A stretch of 54,374 nucleotides of DNA, counting the filler, from Sphacelaria rigidula (lineage: Eukaryota), in the NCBI GenBank assembly GCA_964200075.2. It is 5 parts of 5 records of this genome, joined end to end, with 100 filler letters (N's around TTAATTAATTAA, not from the genome) between each part and the next. Parts side by side here need not be neighbours in the genome. Positions count along the whole stretch, not along the records: positions 1 to 10,796 come from CAXNAA020005895.1; positions 10,897 to 21,692 come from CAXNAA020005896.1; 3 more parts are not named here. One strand, 5' to 3'. Below are positions 1 to 13,022 of this stretch, piece by piece (positions within the stretch are counted from its first letter, which is position 1; each line of letters begins with the position of its first letter). The notes below the pieces were generated by a model. It saw nothing but the letters and a program-made list of their open reading frames with translations, did no database searches and was not told the DNA's origin. A program made the position numbers and the translations under genes.

Positions 1-779
1 TACTCATTTGTTGCTTCCCTTAGTCGTTTGACCATTGACCACGCACCCCTTTCGAGACGGAGCGGGGGGGGGCGGGGGGGAGACTTTGATGCAGAGGGCA
101 GGAGTGCTGATCTAATCCAATCCAACCCAAGCCGTCATACTGCCAATAAAAATGCAGGGCGTGTTGTGCCGGTCTGATCTGTTAGGACGATCAGGCGGTC
201 CCGTTCCGAGGACGGGGAAAACGGTTCAAAATGCGCCAACATGCCTCCTCTTGTGGCGCCTTGATTCTTCATCTGCTGTCGCTGACTTGAGTTCTACATC
301 TCGGGAGGAGTTCAGGATCCGTTGAACAACACAGCGTCCTGCTTGTTTTGTGCACACATTTTTTTTTTTAACCTTCAAGGATGTAGGGAACTTGACCCAA
401 CACTTTCCTCGCAAGCGGGTTCGTGTGCCGATTGCCCGGAGGCTGCTTGGCTAGACTGCCTCACGGCAGCCGTGTTGGGGTAGGCGCCTTGAGCGGTCGG
501 AGAGCTTTGCTCGAGGTAGTGTGTGCAGGGGGTCTTGGTCACCAGGACCCCTGTCAAGTTGGCGCAGTGCACGCGTCGCCCTACTCTTGAAAGCTTCGGC
601 CCTAGTTGTATACACTTGCGAAGAGAAGTGACGCGACACGGCGTGTGGCCAAGATCGTTCAAGGTCGGGTCAAGTCCACGTCGTGATCTCCGCCTCTCCC
701 CCCCCAAAAACAAAGAAAAGAAGAAGAAAACGTCTGATGCATTAGACAGTGGGGAGAAAGTGATGGTCTTACTAAGAGA

Positions 780-1003
780 TAAATGGTGGACACAGACGGT
801 GAAACAGGACGGGGATGAGATGTGTAGAAGGTTTTTGTGTAATGTATGGGAGAGACGTATTGAGCGCCGGAATGTTGAAGGTGCCTCGATTAGGAGTATA
901 GGAACGGTGCCCCGTCTCGAGAGGAATGCGTGGTCAACGGTCGAACGACTGAGGCAAGCAACAAATGAGTACGCCCCCCTTCCCCCCCCCCCCCCTCCCT
1001 CCC
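780..1003 (-). repeat. Dispersed repeat starting poly-G + GTACTCATTTGTTGCT; other copies at 1-65, 30552-30620 and 42878-43065
   Basis: TACTCATTTGTTGCT...TCGTT(T/C)GACC(A/G)TTGACCACGCA...TCGAGACGG shared across three scaffolds. Confidence 0.8.
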
Positions 1004-1253
1004 CCTCGCAAGACAGACACCTCCCGGACCCCTTGCACGCACCTACCATTAGAGTAGTCCGTAATGACAACAAAGTGCTTATCTTTTTCGTGGCTTAGCA
1101 TGGCCACCGCCGTTGTTCCTGCATATAGGAAGTGAAAGGCAACACGAAAAAGCATGATGTGGGATGAACACGAAAGCGTGCTAGTTTGAAGTCCAGTTCT
1201 ATATTAGTGTAGAGAAGCCTCAAATTAATACTGTTCCTTTTTCTTCTGCTTTC

Positions 1254-1255
<2 letters not shown>

Positions 1256-1296
<41 letters not shown>
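1256..1296. repeat. (CT)n microsatellite
   Basis: Directly visible. Confidence 0.95.
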
Positions 1297-1300
<4 letters not shown>

Positions 1301-1841
1301 CTTCTCTCTCCATCCCGCGTCTTTTTTTTCATTCTTGAAAATAATACTCAGGTGGGGAGATCTGCGGGTAACGATTTGCCGGAGTTTATTCGGCGGCTGG
1401 CTCACGCGTATCATAAGGTCGTATTGTGTGAGCATCTCCAAGATCCACCACCTATGCCTACGGTGGACAGGTGAGGGTATGCTCGTGGCGATGTTCCGTC
1501 TAGCTAGCTGTGAATCATTGGACATCTCGTGAGCTACTGTACCTGAAATCAACGGTCGAAAATACATTCACACCCCTTGTCCCTAAAACACAAAATACGG
1601 TACGTCGGATCCGAGAAACCATGGCGCTACCTTCATGCTGCGCCGTGTACTCGTCATCCAGCATTACAGGAAGCAAACTTGGAAAAAAGTGAAGAGGTGG
1701 CCAAATGATCTAGCTCATGATCCGGATCAGTACACGAATAAGAGTAAAAAAATCTTGAGCTGTCTGACATATAGATTCCTCTGAGCGTCGCAGTGTCTTG
1801 GGTGCACAAACTCGACTACACGGTCGACGAGGGAAATATAC

Positions 1842-2128
1842 AAAGCGTCGGACAAACAATGATTCGTCTGGAAATGACTTGGCTTTTGTGTGATGAGTCG
1901 ACTCGTGAAGAGTCAATCCCTAGGCTTTATTTGAAATCGTCAAGAGCGCTGTTTTTTTTTTTTTTGCGTTGCAATCCAGGTACACGCAGCCCAGACACGT
2001 GAAATGGCGCAAAAGTTGCGTGGATGCCCGTTGGACCAGCGGTCAACTTTTTTCTCCATTCAGGGCAATCAGGCCGAAGAAATCGTGGATTTGGTGATTT
2101 TGAGTCGTGATGACCTGTCCCCCTCGTG
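1842..2128. mobile_element. hAT-like MITE family A, 8-bp TSD AAATATAC
   Basis: TSD at 1834-1841 and 2129-2136; body shared with 3043, 10663, 23485, 25821 and 32687. Confidence 0.88.
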
Positions 2129-3042
2129 AAATATACCGTCAAAACGAGCGACTCTACGGGCTGCACATCTGGCTTCTCCATGCGAGACCCCAGCGGTGGA
2201 AGCAGTGCAGGGGTAGGTGGAGTACAGTCCCACCCTTGAATACTAGGGTGAAATACCCGGGTATGTACTCTACTCAAATTTTGGGTAAACTGGGAACGGC
2301 CTCAATACTCTACAGTTGCGACCCGCAATTGAGAAAAATGTAGTTAAGGACATGAGGCTGGGCCTTTCACGGAAAATAAGAAAAATGGACTAAGGAACAC
2401 ACCTTGAAGTGGGCGACAAAATAAAAAAACATTAAAATTAGAAACAGGGCGGATACATACCTGAAAAAATAGGCATAAGAAATAAGAAACCAGGTGACAG
2501 GGGAGCCCCTTCCCAACTAAGAAACCTACCCTCTATATCTAGACCCTACCGCTGCTAAACTGTACTTATGTGGGAGCGGCATACTTTCTTGATTCGCGGC
2601 TGTTTCATGCTGGACACTGTAGACCTGCGGGGGTGCTTTTCGTCGGGTAATTTGCGTGCAGCGAGGAGGCGGCGGAGGGAGTACATCGAGGATATAAGAG
2701 AACGACAATTTAACAAAGTCAACAGGATCCGGTCGGCCAGAAATGTAAAAAAAAACTCTATAAAAGAAAAACACAACTTATGCTGGTGTTTGCGCCCGAC
2801 ACAAGACTTTGAGCCTCAACCCAAATTCACGTTTCTTGTCTCCGGGCCGCAACTGTACCCAAATGTTGAGTAGATTGGGTACGGCCTGGAATACTGCACT
2901 CATTTTTCGGGTAGATTGAGTTCGACCTCCAGTACTCTGCTCAAATTTTGGATAAGTACTTACAGTAATTGTTGAGTATGGAGTATCATTTGGGTATGAC
3001 CTCATTACTCGGGTCAAACTCTGAGTAGATCTGAGTGTGATG

Positions 3043-3308
3043 CAAGGGTCGGACAAATGATGATTCGTCTGAAAATTACTTGGTTTTAGTAGTTTTAGTA
3101 TGATGAGTCGACTCGTGACGAATTGACCCCTAGGCTTTATTTCAGCGTTGCAATCCAGGTACACGCAGCCCAGACACGTGGAATGGCGCAAAAGTTGCGT
3201 AGATACCCCTTGGACCAGCGATATTTTTTTTCTCTCTTTTTGACAATCAGGCCGAACAAAAATCGTGATTTTGGTGATTTTGAGTCGTGATGATTTGTCC
3301 TAACCGTG
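3043..3308. mobile_element. hAT-like MITE family A
   Basis: CAAGGGTCGGACAAATGATGA ... TGATGATTTGTCCTAACCGTG imperfect TIRs; no TSD seen. Confidence 0.85.
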
Positions 3309-4323
3309 AACATTTTGGGCGGAGTTCCCTGGAGAACGTAGTTGCAGGGCCGATCTACCACTGGGTGTCCGCATGTTTGTGGTTGCGTGCATCACGAGTC
3401 CATTGACTTGACGCTTTCGTATCGGGACGTAGTGCATATCCCAATACTATAGCTAGCGCCACGTGTCAGCTTTTCAAGTAACAATGACCAGGAACCGTTT
3501 CACAACGTTTTTCTTTCGCCCAGTTTTGCAACAAGACTTGAAGGAAGAGTTGACCGGTTAGTACGCATGGTACGATCAACTGTGCTGCGCAACACACTTG
3601 ACGGTGCCCTGCGCTGTCGACATGATCGGGTGTATGGTCATGTGCGCTACCGGACATATTCTTCTACACTGGATTTCGAAAGCTCGGCCCCGCAGGGACA
3701 ACTGATCGAGTAACGCAGCCAGGGTTGTTAATATCATGAGCATCGGATTTCAGGTCAGAAGTTGGCAACTGGGTGAGGGAAACCAAAAGAGCCGAAAACT
3801 ATCATATTGAAACAGTTTTCCGAACAAAACCAGTTTCTGTAGGTCGAGAGTGAAGACTTACTATATGTCCACAAGATATTTGGTGATACACCCAAAGTCG
3901 ACGTCCAGAGGATCGGAGAATTGATCTAGTTTTCTCGCAGCTAGCCGAAAACCATTGTCCGACGAACTGGGGTCCGAAAAATCAACCCACAGCAGAAAAT
4001 CGCCTGTAGACGGGCTGAGATCTTCATATTTCTACAAATACAGATTGGTTCTCATAAAAATGGTCTATTGGGGGTACACACGGATGTGAGTTTCACGGAT
4101 CTGAGTCCGCCCGACATAACACATATTGGGGTCCCGCCAGATCGGGACTGGTCCCCATAAAAAATGGTATCAGATTCGGGGGAAACCTTGATCAAATTCG
4201 TGACAGTAATCTGAGCTTCCCCGATTTGGGCCAGATTAGGGACCATAATAGACGTTTCCCGATTTGAGTTCTCCCGATCTGCGTACAAATCGAGAACTGG
4301 ACGACTTTTCTTACGCCCAGTTA

Positions 4324-4456
4324 TACTCTCGGCCGAATTCTGGATTTTTTCAGTCGCCCCAAAAACATTCTAGTTGTCGAGAAAAAGTGCGTCTTTCCCC
4401 CGACAACTCGAATGTTTTTGGGGCGACTGAAAAAATCCAGAATTCGGCCAAGAGTA
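4324..4456. repeat. Near-perfect inverted repeat, 56-bp arms
   Basis: 4324-4379 versus 4401-4456, two mismatches by eye. Confidence 0.92.
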
Positions 4457-6162
4457 AGATCCACTTTTATGGCAACGAATCTCGATTTTTTGGGACCTCG
4501 ATTTTGAAAAGGTCGTGGACTCAAAATTGAGGGGACCGTTATATGGCAAAGACGGTATAGTATCACAGATTTGTGAAACGGTTCTGTACACAGACGGTCA
4601 TTTTCTGCATGAGTGTGGTACTGCGTACTTGTTTGTGCATGAAGCCGAAGAGTAGGCAGGCGGTAAACAATCCTCCGAGTACAGTGTCGTGCCTTGGTAC
4701 CCTGGGGTGATACGGTGCAGGACACTACATCAGTACAGTACATGATAATGCCGTGTGGTAGTACATGGTGGCACAGCCGATGTTGCGAGAACAGAGAACA
4801 AACAGTGCGCGAGCAGAGTTCAGTAGTGCATTGCCGTACATCACCCCTCAAGTACAGGGAAAACAGCTAGGAGAGTACAGAAGCGTTTGTTATAGTGATG
4901 CATATGGCAGCATAGCGCAGCATAAAATATTACCATGGCCGCAGGGTACGGCGTCAGCACTCATTATCCGCTTGTCAAACCCTGTGCGAAGTTCCTTCAG
5001 CAGCTGGGGCGGGCAGTAGGCACGCCCTGTGCTGTCACGGGACTGTCTTCTGCTGCCGTTGCAAAAATATCAAACGCCTCGTACTCTAGCACGGTACGTC
5101 AATGCACCTACGTCACCTCAAAAGAATCGGGGAGAGTCACGGTCTCGGAACCGTTTCGAAAAATCGGGGGAAATCGTTCCGAGACTGTGACCCCCCGATT
5201 TTTTCGCTCCCGATTTGGTCCAAATCCGCGTTCATAAAATGTGATCCCCGATTCCCCCCCCCCCCGATCTGAGAAAATCGAGATTTGTGCTTGCCATAAA
5301 AGTGGGTCTTAGGCCGGATGCTATGGCAACAGATATTTGGCCCACAGATTTTGAAATCCTGGTGAAACAAATCCGCGGCAAATTTGGTTTCGGGAACGAT
5401 ATTATGGCAGCACACAGATTTTCATACCATACTGTTCTGATTTGTATACCTCCACCAGGGTTTCGAGTTTTATGTTTAACGTTTTTCAACAGCTCACAGT
5501 CCCGTAGATGTCTCGTGTGCTGTGGCGTGCTGTAGTAATGTAGCGTCACTGCCGCAGAGAGGTCATCACCACCCCACTAGCACCAGTGCCGGTTCTTTCG
5601 AGCACATAAGTAAGCGACCATGCCCCCCTCGTTCTTGCTTCAGTTGAATCCTTCATCGAAGGATCGCAGAACTACCCGCCAGACAGTGACAGTGCGCATC
5701 ATATGTCTAATCTCTCAACGTCTCTGCAATGGTTTTGCCAGGAGACCGACGACCAAGGCGTGTCGTTTTTTGTCTCGTACACGCGAAGCGGGCTTCATAG
5801 CGTGTCGGCTGCGGTGTGTGGTATACTTCGTTTTGTTGGTTGTTGTCGACAGGATCACTCAAAAAGGCGCAGCCAGCACGCCGGCACATCCAAGAAAAAC
5901 GCGGCGTGACCCCATTATGACGGTCTGCCGGCCCAAACGCAAAAATCCGTGTGCAAAAATCTATGCTTGCCGACCCCCACCAGTTTACCCAAAATTCTGT
6001 GGGACTGGGGCCCCGAATCTTGGCCACGGATTTCTTCACCCAAAATTTCGATAAATCTGTACCCATAACATGGGTGTCACACGAATTTTGAAGATCCGGG
6101 GCCGAAGATTTGCTGCCATAACATCCGGCCTTAGGCCGGATGTTATGGCACACAGATTTTTG

Positions 6163-6594
6163 GCCCACGGATTATTCACTTTCGGGACGTTTGACTCACT
6201 TTTTGACCCCCAAACAGGGAGAACCACCAACACACGTCTCGGACACTTTGCATCACCTCACAGAGAGGAGCCCAGTCTGCTTTTCAGATTCACTTGGCTC
6301 CGAGGTTTCGAGATTGGCCCCTGAACAAAAATTCGTGTACAAAAATTTGTGCTTGCCGACCCCCGCCAGTTTGCCCAATAATATGTGGAGATCGCTGCAG
6401 ATTTTGTTGCACGCCGGTTATTGTTCAGCGGCCGCTCTCGAAACCTTGGAGCCAAGCGAATCTGAAAAGTGGGCTAAGCTTCTCTCTGTGGGGTGATGCA
6501 AAGTGTCCNNNNNNNNNNACGTGTGTTGGCGGTTTTCCCTGTTTGGGAGTCAAAAAGTGAGTCAAACGTCCCAAAAATGAACAATCCGTGGGCC
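6163..6594. repeat. Inverted repeat, about 150-bp arms (6163-6312 / 6437-6594)
   Basis: GGGACGTTTGACTCACTTTTTGAC...GGACACTTTGCATCACC versus GGTGATGCAAAGTGTCC...GTCAAAAAGTGAGTCAAACGTCCC. Confidence 0.88.
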
Positions 6595-6975
6595 GTAACA
6601 TCTGGCCTTAGACCCTGGAACTTTGAACTTTGCACAAATGTGCTGTGGGTCGATACGCAACTTCCGATGGACGAGGTGTTTTTTACTTCTTGACTTTTGA
6701 CCGTTTTTCGGGGGCCAACGGGATCCAAGTCGTTTTTCAAAGTAGTCTCCATTTTGGGACCCCGCAAAATCGGCACAACGATATTTTCCCATTTTCGTCG
6801 CGAACGAGTTGTCGCCGCACAACCCAAGGAAGGATTCCACAGAGATTCGTGGCCAAACTCGATCAGCTGATGCCTATATTTTCATGTTCACATCAAGAAC
6901 GCCATTTTCAAATTAAAATCAAGTAGCTCGCGAATTCACCGTGGGACTGAAAACTAAAAATCATCGCACAAACGC

Positions 6976-7234
6976 GCAAACGTTCACGTCGCTTTCAGGA
7001 GTTAGATCCTAAACGTTTGCACAAATGTGCTATGGATCATCACGCAACTTGGGATGCTTGAGGCTTTGAGTTTTTTCTTTACCGTTCTTCGGGGGTCCGA
7101 CGAGATCAAGATTCCCCGAAAACATGGGACCCCCGAAGAATGGCACAAAAGGTCGAGAAGTATTGCTTGTTGACCCAAAGCACATTTGTGCAAAATTTCA
7201 GGGTCCAACTCCTGAAAACGACGAGAACGTTTGC
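6976..7234. mobile_element. MITE with about 60-bp imperfect TIRs
   Basis: GCAAACGTTCACGTCGCTTTCAGGAGTT...TTTGCACAAATGTGCT versus AGCACATTTGTGCAAA...AACTCCTGAAAACGACGAGAACGTTTGC; related sequence at about 6612-6780. Confidence 0.75.
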
Positions 7235-7679
7235 CGATAAGTGTTTTCAGTTGGATAAGCGTGGAACAGCCTGAACTAGACTTCTATGTTGAAGACCACC
7301 ACGCCAATTACCACCCGTTTGCACCATGCAAGCCCCACGCACTTCACTCACAGCTATCACCGCAACCCAGTAGCGTAGATCACGAGTTGAGCACAGGGGT
7401 ATACAAACCGCAGATATTTGGAACGGGCACCATCACCCTCTTGGCATGATGTGTTTTCTTTCGTTGGCAAAAACTTGACGTCTTTTACGGTAAAGGGACG
7501 CGACGGAATTGCATGGTGAATTGGGCGACCAAATGGCCTACACGATGAAGGACAGGACAGGTAGCACAAAACTGCACGTTGTTCAAGTCCTTTTCACCTC
7601 CTGTATGCAGCGAGTACAGACAATCCTGCGCCGCGTGTACTGCGCACTACCTGCTTCTTTTCACATCCTAATGCACCGG

Positions 7680-8050
7680 TCGCCCCGGTGGCTTAGTTGG
7701 TAACCTCGAAACCTTCTGGCGGTTGGGTCGTGGGATCGAATCTCGGTGCAGTCACACGATCTGGGATTTGTCTCACACAATGACCAACAGTGGAGAGCGA
7801 CCATGTCGTGGATACTCAAAATTCGACTTCACGATCGACGAGGGGAAGGGAGTTCTGAAACTCTCCGTCAAAAAAGAAGGAAGGAAAGCAACGCAAAAGG
7901 AAGCTGGAGAAAAAAAAAAAAACTGTGCTGTCCTTCCTCCAGTGTGACCCCGGCTGATGCGCCTACATAAACCGAAAGGTGTAGACTGGCGTCCAGAATA
8001 GAAAGAATGAAAAATTCACAATGATGCAACACCGTACGAAACACACACAC
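7680..8050 (+). mobile_element. tRNA-derived SINE, family 1
   Basis: GCCCCGGTGGCTTAGTTGG (A box), GGATCGAATC (B box-like), core CTCACACAATGACCAACAGTGGAGAGCG, 3' GACTGGCGTCCAGAA then (CA)n; homologous to 36440 and 38680. Confidence 0.82.
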
Positions 8051-8410
8051 ATAGTGCAGACAGTACACATTGAACTGTACTATCTGCATTCCTTACAAGA
8101 GAACACTGCTGCACTGAACGTTTTTGTATTGTTTATCTTTTCCCGATCGAAAGCGTGCAATTTACAATTTACGGCGCAAAACGAACGAATTCGATCGAAT
8201 CAATTCCACCGCATTTTTTTTCTTGGTCGAAAACACATTTGATGACACGGCATAACCGCCCATTTCGTAGGTCGGGGGTTGCCGGGAAATAGACAGCAGT
8301 CTGATACACAACGACAGTAGCACCTAGCAGTGACATAATTGAATTGTTTTGCATGAGACAATCATGTGCTGTGAAGTGCCAGTGGATTCAAACGAACCAA
8401 CAGAGACGGA

Positions 8411-8785
<375 letters not shown>

Positions 8786-10662
8786 ACCGGGGCGATTGGT
8801 CTTCTACTTTCCCATATCATGCAGAATCACTGTATTGTACGGTCTTTACCGGTGTGCGCCGTCAAGTGTCATCGTTATAGGAGGTACACCTTTGTGCCCT
8901 TTGTCTGTGTTCCCTTTACGTCCTACAAATATTATACCTCCTCAATACTGTAGCCCTTGAGAGGCTCTTCTTCAGGTATCGCTCGCGGACAACTAACATA
9001 GGATGCATCTGATGCGGCGAGAGGCTGGAGGAACACGGACCGCTTGTTCTGCGTCTCGGTTCTCACACCAAGGTTTCCTCCGCCCCCGTTTCACTGCAAG
9101 TTCGTGTAAGGTATGATTATCCGCAAGTGACTCAGGGTGCAGGACAATAAAATCCAACATCAACAATGCACGTGAAGAGTGCGGGACAAGACAAGGGAAG
9201 CTTACTGAATACTGCTACTGCTGCTGCTCCCGCTGCTGCTGCTGTTACTCCGGCCAGTTCTCGTGCCCAGCCGAGTTGCATCGTGCTAGATGGCGAGGAC
9301 GTGCAGACGGTAAAGTCAACGCTAAAAACAACTGTTGCCCGTTACTGCAACACTTTATGGCCGTCTCAGGAGACACAAGGTCTTCAACATAGATGTTCTT
9401 GGAAGCCACGATAGCGCCGACACCAAAACCGGCTGGTTGGGAAGCCTTCCATTTTCATACGACTACACATGCACGAGCAAATCCTCGAAGCGCAGGTTCT
9501 CGACTCAATAAAATAGTTACCGCAACACAATCAATACTCATAGCAACTTCATTGAGGGTGTTAAACAACGTATATATGTATCATTATGTCTGTATAAATA
9601 TGAAGAACGATGTTTTACTACAGTACTGTACTACACTGCTGTACTATACTATCAACACTACATGACTGTACTAACCTTGACTCGGTGGGAACGAAGACCG
9701 TGACAGAGGCATGACTCGGCAGTGGAGGCCGTGGTTCGCCGGCTACGCCGCCTTCCTCTTCTTCTCCCCATCCCTCTGATCGCAAGGTACCGCCCGTCTT
9801 CTCGCTCTCCTCGAGCAACTCCTGTTTCAAGCTAGCCTCCCTTACCTTCTTAGACCCCCCTCGGCCAAAACCTTTCATCACTGCCGACAGCACACAGCTG
9901 CGGTATGGATAGCCGCTGGAACAGCAGCTGTCCTATTTGTCAATCTTCGGCCGCGATCCAAAGTCGGGCACTGCGAACAGGCAAATAAACTTTAGCCCCA
10001 CACGCGAAGGCACCGAGCCTTCTTCCTGTGTCTTATCCTCAGCCAAGGGCAGCACTGATGGTTGCGATACACTTGTACACCGTAAACGCTGAGGTGTGAC
10101 GGGTGGGTTAGACTCCCTTCACCCTTTTCACGCTCTCTCATGCATGTATACAGACCTACGCAGCACGCCTTTCAAAAAAAGAAGATTTGCGTGAGCCCGC
10201 AATCATTATTGTTGTTCGCCAATGAGTGCCGTGTCGCCGTGTGTGAAAAAGTCGGCGGGTTTTCTGATGGAGTTGACAATTTGCGGGCCAATCAGAAATT
10301 GTTCATAGTACAGACTAAGTTCGTATTCATTTCGAAATCACCGGGCACCACCGTACCTTCGAAGGCGCGCGTGAACATTTTCTCTACTGGTAGATATTGC
10401 CTTATCATCACGTTATTACTACGGGCGTGAAGACCGACGCCCTCGTCAACGTTGTAGCAGGGATGGTACAGTCTAGCTGCAAACAATATCCCTGTTGTGC
10501 GGACTGGACCCCGGGGATAACGGCCGCCCCCACGGGTCTCTCACGTTTCTCTGTGTATACAAAACGCCGACACATCTCTCAACCCCCGTCACCAAACACA
10601 AACTGCCTCATTATATATCCACATGTATCCCCCGATGTATATCATCCATCAAACAAATGTTT

Positions 10663-10796
10663 CACGGTTAGGACAAATCATCACGATGACTCAAAATCAC
10701 CAAATCCACGATTTATTCAGCCTGATTGCCCAAAAGGGAGAAAAAAGTTGATCACTGGTCCAAGGGGCATCCACGCAACTTTTGCGCCATTCCACG
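10663..10796. mobile_element. hAT-like MITE family A, cut by scaffold end
   Basis: CACGGTTAGGACAAATCATCACGA terminus. Confidence 0.82.
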
Positions 10797-10896
10797 NNNN
10801 NNNNNNNNNNNNNNNNNNNNNNNNNNNNNNNNNNNNNNNNTTAATTAATTAANNNNNNNNNNNNNNNNNNNNNNNNNNNNNNNNNNNNNNNNNNNN
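10797..10896. other. Artificial scaffold linker
   Basis: 44 N + TTAATTAATTAA (stops in all frames) + 44 N. Confidence 0.98.
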
Positions 10897-12380
10897 TGCG
10901 ATGAGAATTGGGGGCGTGAGGGGTGTGGAACGGTGCTTGCTGTGCTGTATTAGCATGCATCACCGCTGTGTTGTTCATTCTCTGTTGCATCCTACTCAAC
11001 TGTTCAGTCGAAAATCTTACTTGGTCTTCCATCGTGGGGTGTTGAGTCTCTTCCATATTAAAATCTAATAAAATTATCAGCCTCGCTCATTCTGTAATCA
11101 AACCTGACAAACTTCACACCTCTTTCAAATATTCCTCGACTTAAACCCTTCTCTTGCTCAAACTCCCCCATTTCGACTCAAACTCTCCTCTTGCTCAAAC
11201 TCTCTCTCATCCCAAACCCTTCTGCACCGGCGGTGACTCTTATCGCTAGCGTAATCGACCGCTCTGATGAGGGGTAAGCGTTCACACAGATAGAGTGGGG
11301 GAACAACAGTCAACACCTTGGCTCAGGCAAATAGCAATGTTCCAGAACGTTCGTATTATCTCTTCACTTTACCCTCTTCACTCTCACACAATGCAATCAA
11401 CTCACCGTCACACAGAAATACACGCTCAATATCCCTCTCACTTCAGTTTTACTCTCACAGACTCACCACGTACACTTATGTTAACCCCCAGAGCAAGGCA
11501 AGCAGTTGGCACCCAGAACCCAGAACCAAGATGGACCAAGATGAACTGACCGAGGACGGGGATGCGCAACCAGGATGCTCGCACTGCACACGTGACTGTA
11601 CACGCATAACCTACGTCATTATACATCATTCCTCTGATTGGTCACCTTATCCTCCGCAATGGCAACATGGTCCACGCTATTTGTACCGCATTATATCCTG
11701 CATCACTGTTGCCCATGGCAGAGCGTGAGCATAGTCGATTACCTGGTAGGTCGAAGTGACATTACTCCCGCTGAAACTGAATCTTCGACTGCTCACGGCA
11801 AGTCTGTCCGCAGCAGCCGGGATAATAGTAATGCTCCGCTGAGGGAACAGGAGAATTGTCCCGCCGAGATTTCAACTGTGCATGAAGAAACAGAACGCAC
11901 TAGTTCGACAATCAGTAGCATTGAAGTGGGTGAAGGTGAAATTGCTCCGACTATAGATCCCGATGTTCGTAGCTTAGCAGCTCACAATAGTCGGGGCGAC
12001 AGTAATGTAAATCAGGGGGGATCAAGCGTGGCTCGTCCTACTCTCGATTTGGCAACCGTACCCGAAAGTGGATCGTCTGACAACGGTAGCGATGTGCAGG
12101 CATGCATGATTATTGATTTCCCCAGTAGAACCGTTGGAGAATCCCGGGATACTTCGCGACCAACCGATCGTGATAAATCTTCGTGTTACGTAGTGGGTAG
12201 GATAGCTGTAGAAAATGGTAACGATCCAAATGGGACCCCAGCGGAAAGTATTAATGCGTTGGATCCAAACCCTGGCGTCGTTTGCCTACAGGACCAGTTT
12301 CCGCCCGCGTACCAGCAACATTATCTCGTCACGTAGCGCGAGGGAGGAAAGGTCGGTACTTCGAAGAAATTAACCAAGCA

Positions 12381-12795
12381 ATGGGAAGGGAAGTGAGTTT
12401 AAACCGAAAAGAAAGTTCGACCTTAGCGCAAACATTTTCGGGGCCGAAGGCAACTAGAACCTTGGCTTTGGTGGACACGGAGTGCCCGGTGAAGTTTATT
12501 CATTACTCAATATGGAAAAAAATGGTTGACGTCGGGGCAGCCACCATTGAAGGTGTCAAAGAGATAGACCTGTTATCCTGGGCGGGTTTTCATGGTGTCC
12601 CGTTGTGTACTTCTTCACAGGTGCGGTTGAGTATCGGACTGTGGCCTAGAAGACCCAACCCACGAGTGTCAGTTCAGAACGGACGAGCGTGTTTAGCAAT
12701 TTACGCCCATGTTGTGACTGATGGAACAATGAATTATGACATTCTAGTAGGACGTGATGACCTCGGATTATTTCCTGTCAGAACGTATCATGATG
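12381..12795 (+). pseudogene. Gypsy aspartic protease domain (catalytic DTG appears as DTE)
   Basis: TLALVDTECPVKFI...YDILVGRDDL in ORF 12282-12923; interrupted by a MITE at 12800. Confidence 0.7.
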
Positions 12796-12799
12796 TAAA

Positions 12800-13022
12800 G
12801 ACACTTTCTACGATAGCCCCCCCAAAAAACCAGCTCAAAAGTATCACGAAAAAAACGGCCGTACAGCGCCTGATGTTTGGGTTCAGGCTGCATGAAGCGC
12901 CTCATATTGGCGACATTGGCTAGAACGAACTCAAGCGTCGGATTTTCCCATGTTGATTTACGTGGAGATTTTGCCTCCCTAAACCATGCACTTTTTTGGG
13001 GGGGGCTATCGTGAAAAGTATC
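12800..13022. mobile_element. MITE (about 223 bp) inserted in gypsy pol; second copy at 32281-32528 in the opposite orientation
   Basis: TIRs GACACTTTCTACGATAGCCCCCCC / GGGGGGGCTATCGTGAAAAGTATC; flanked by TAAA (12796-12799, 13023-13026); internal sequence matches 32281-32528 inverted. Confidence 0.88.

Noticed and set aside
11255..11300. Hammerhead ribozyme core CTGATGA (also near 35679, 37526 and 47124)
   Set aside because: I could not find a correctly placed GAAA with supporting stems at any site.
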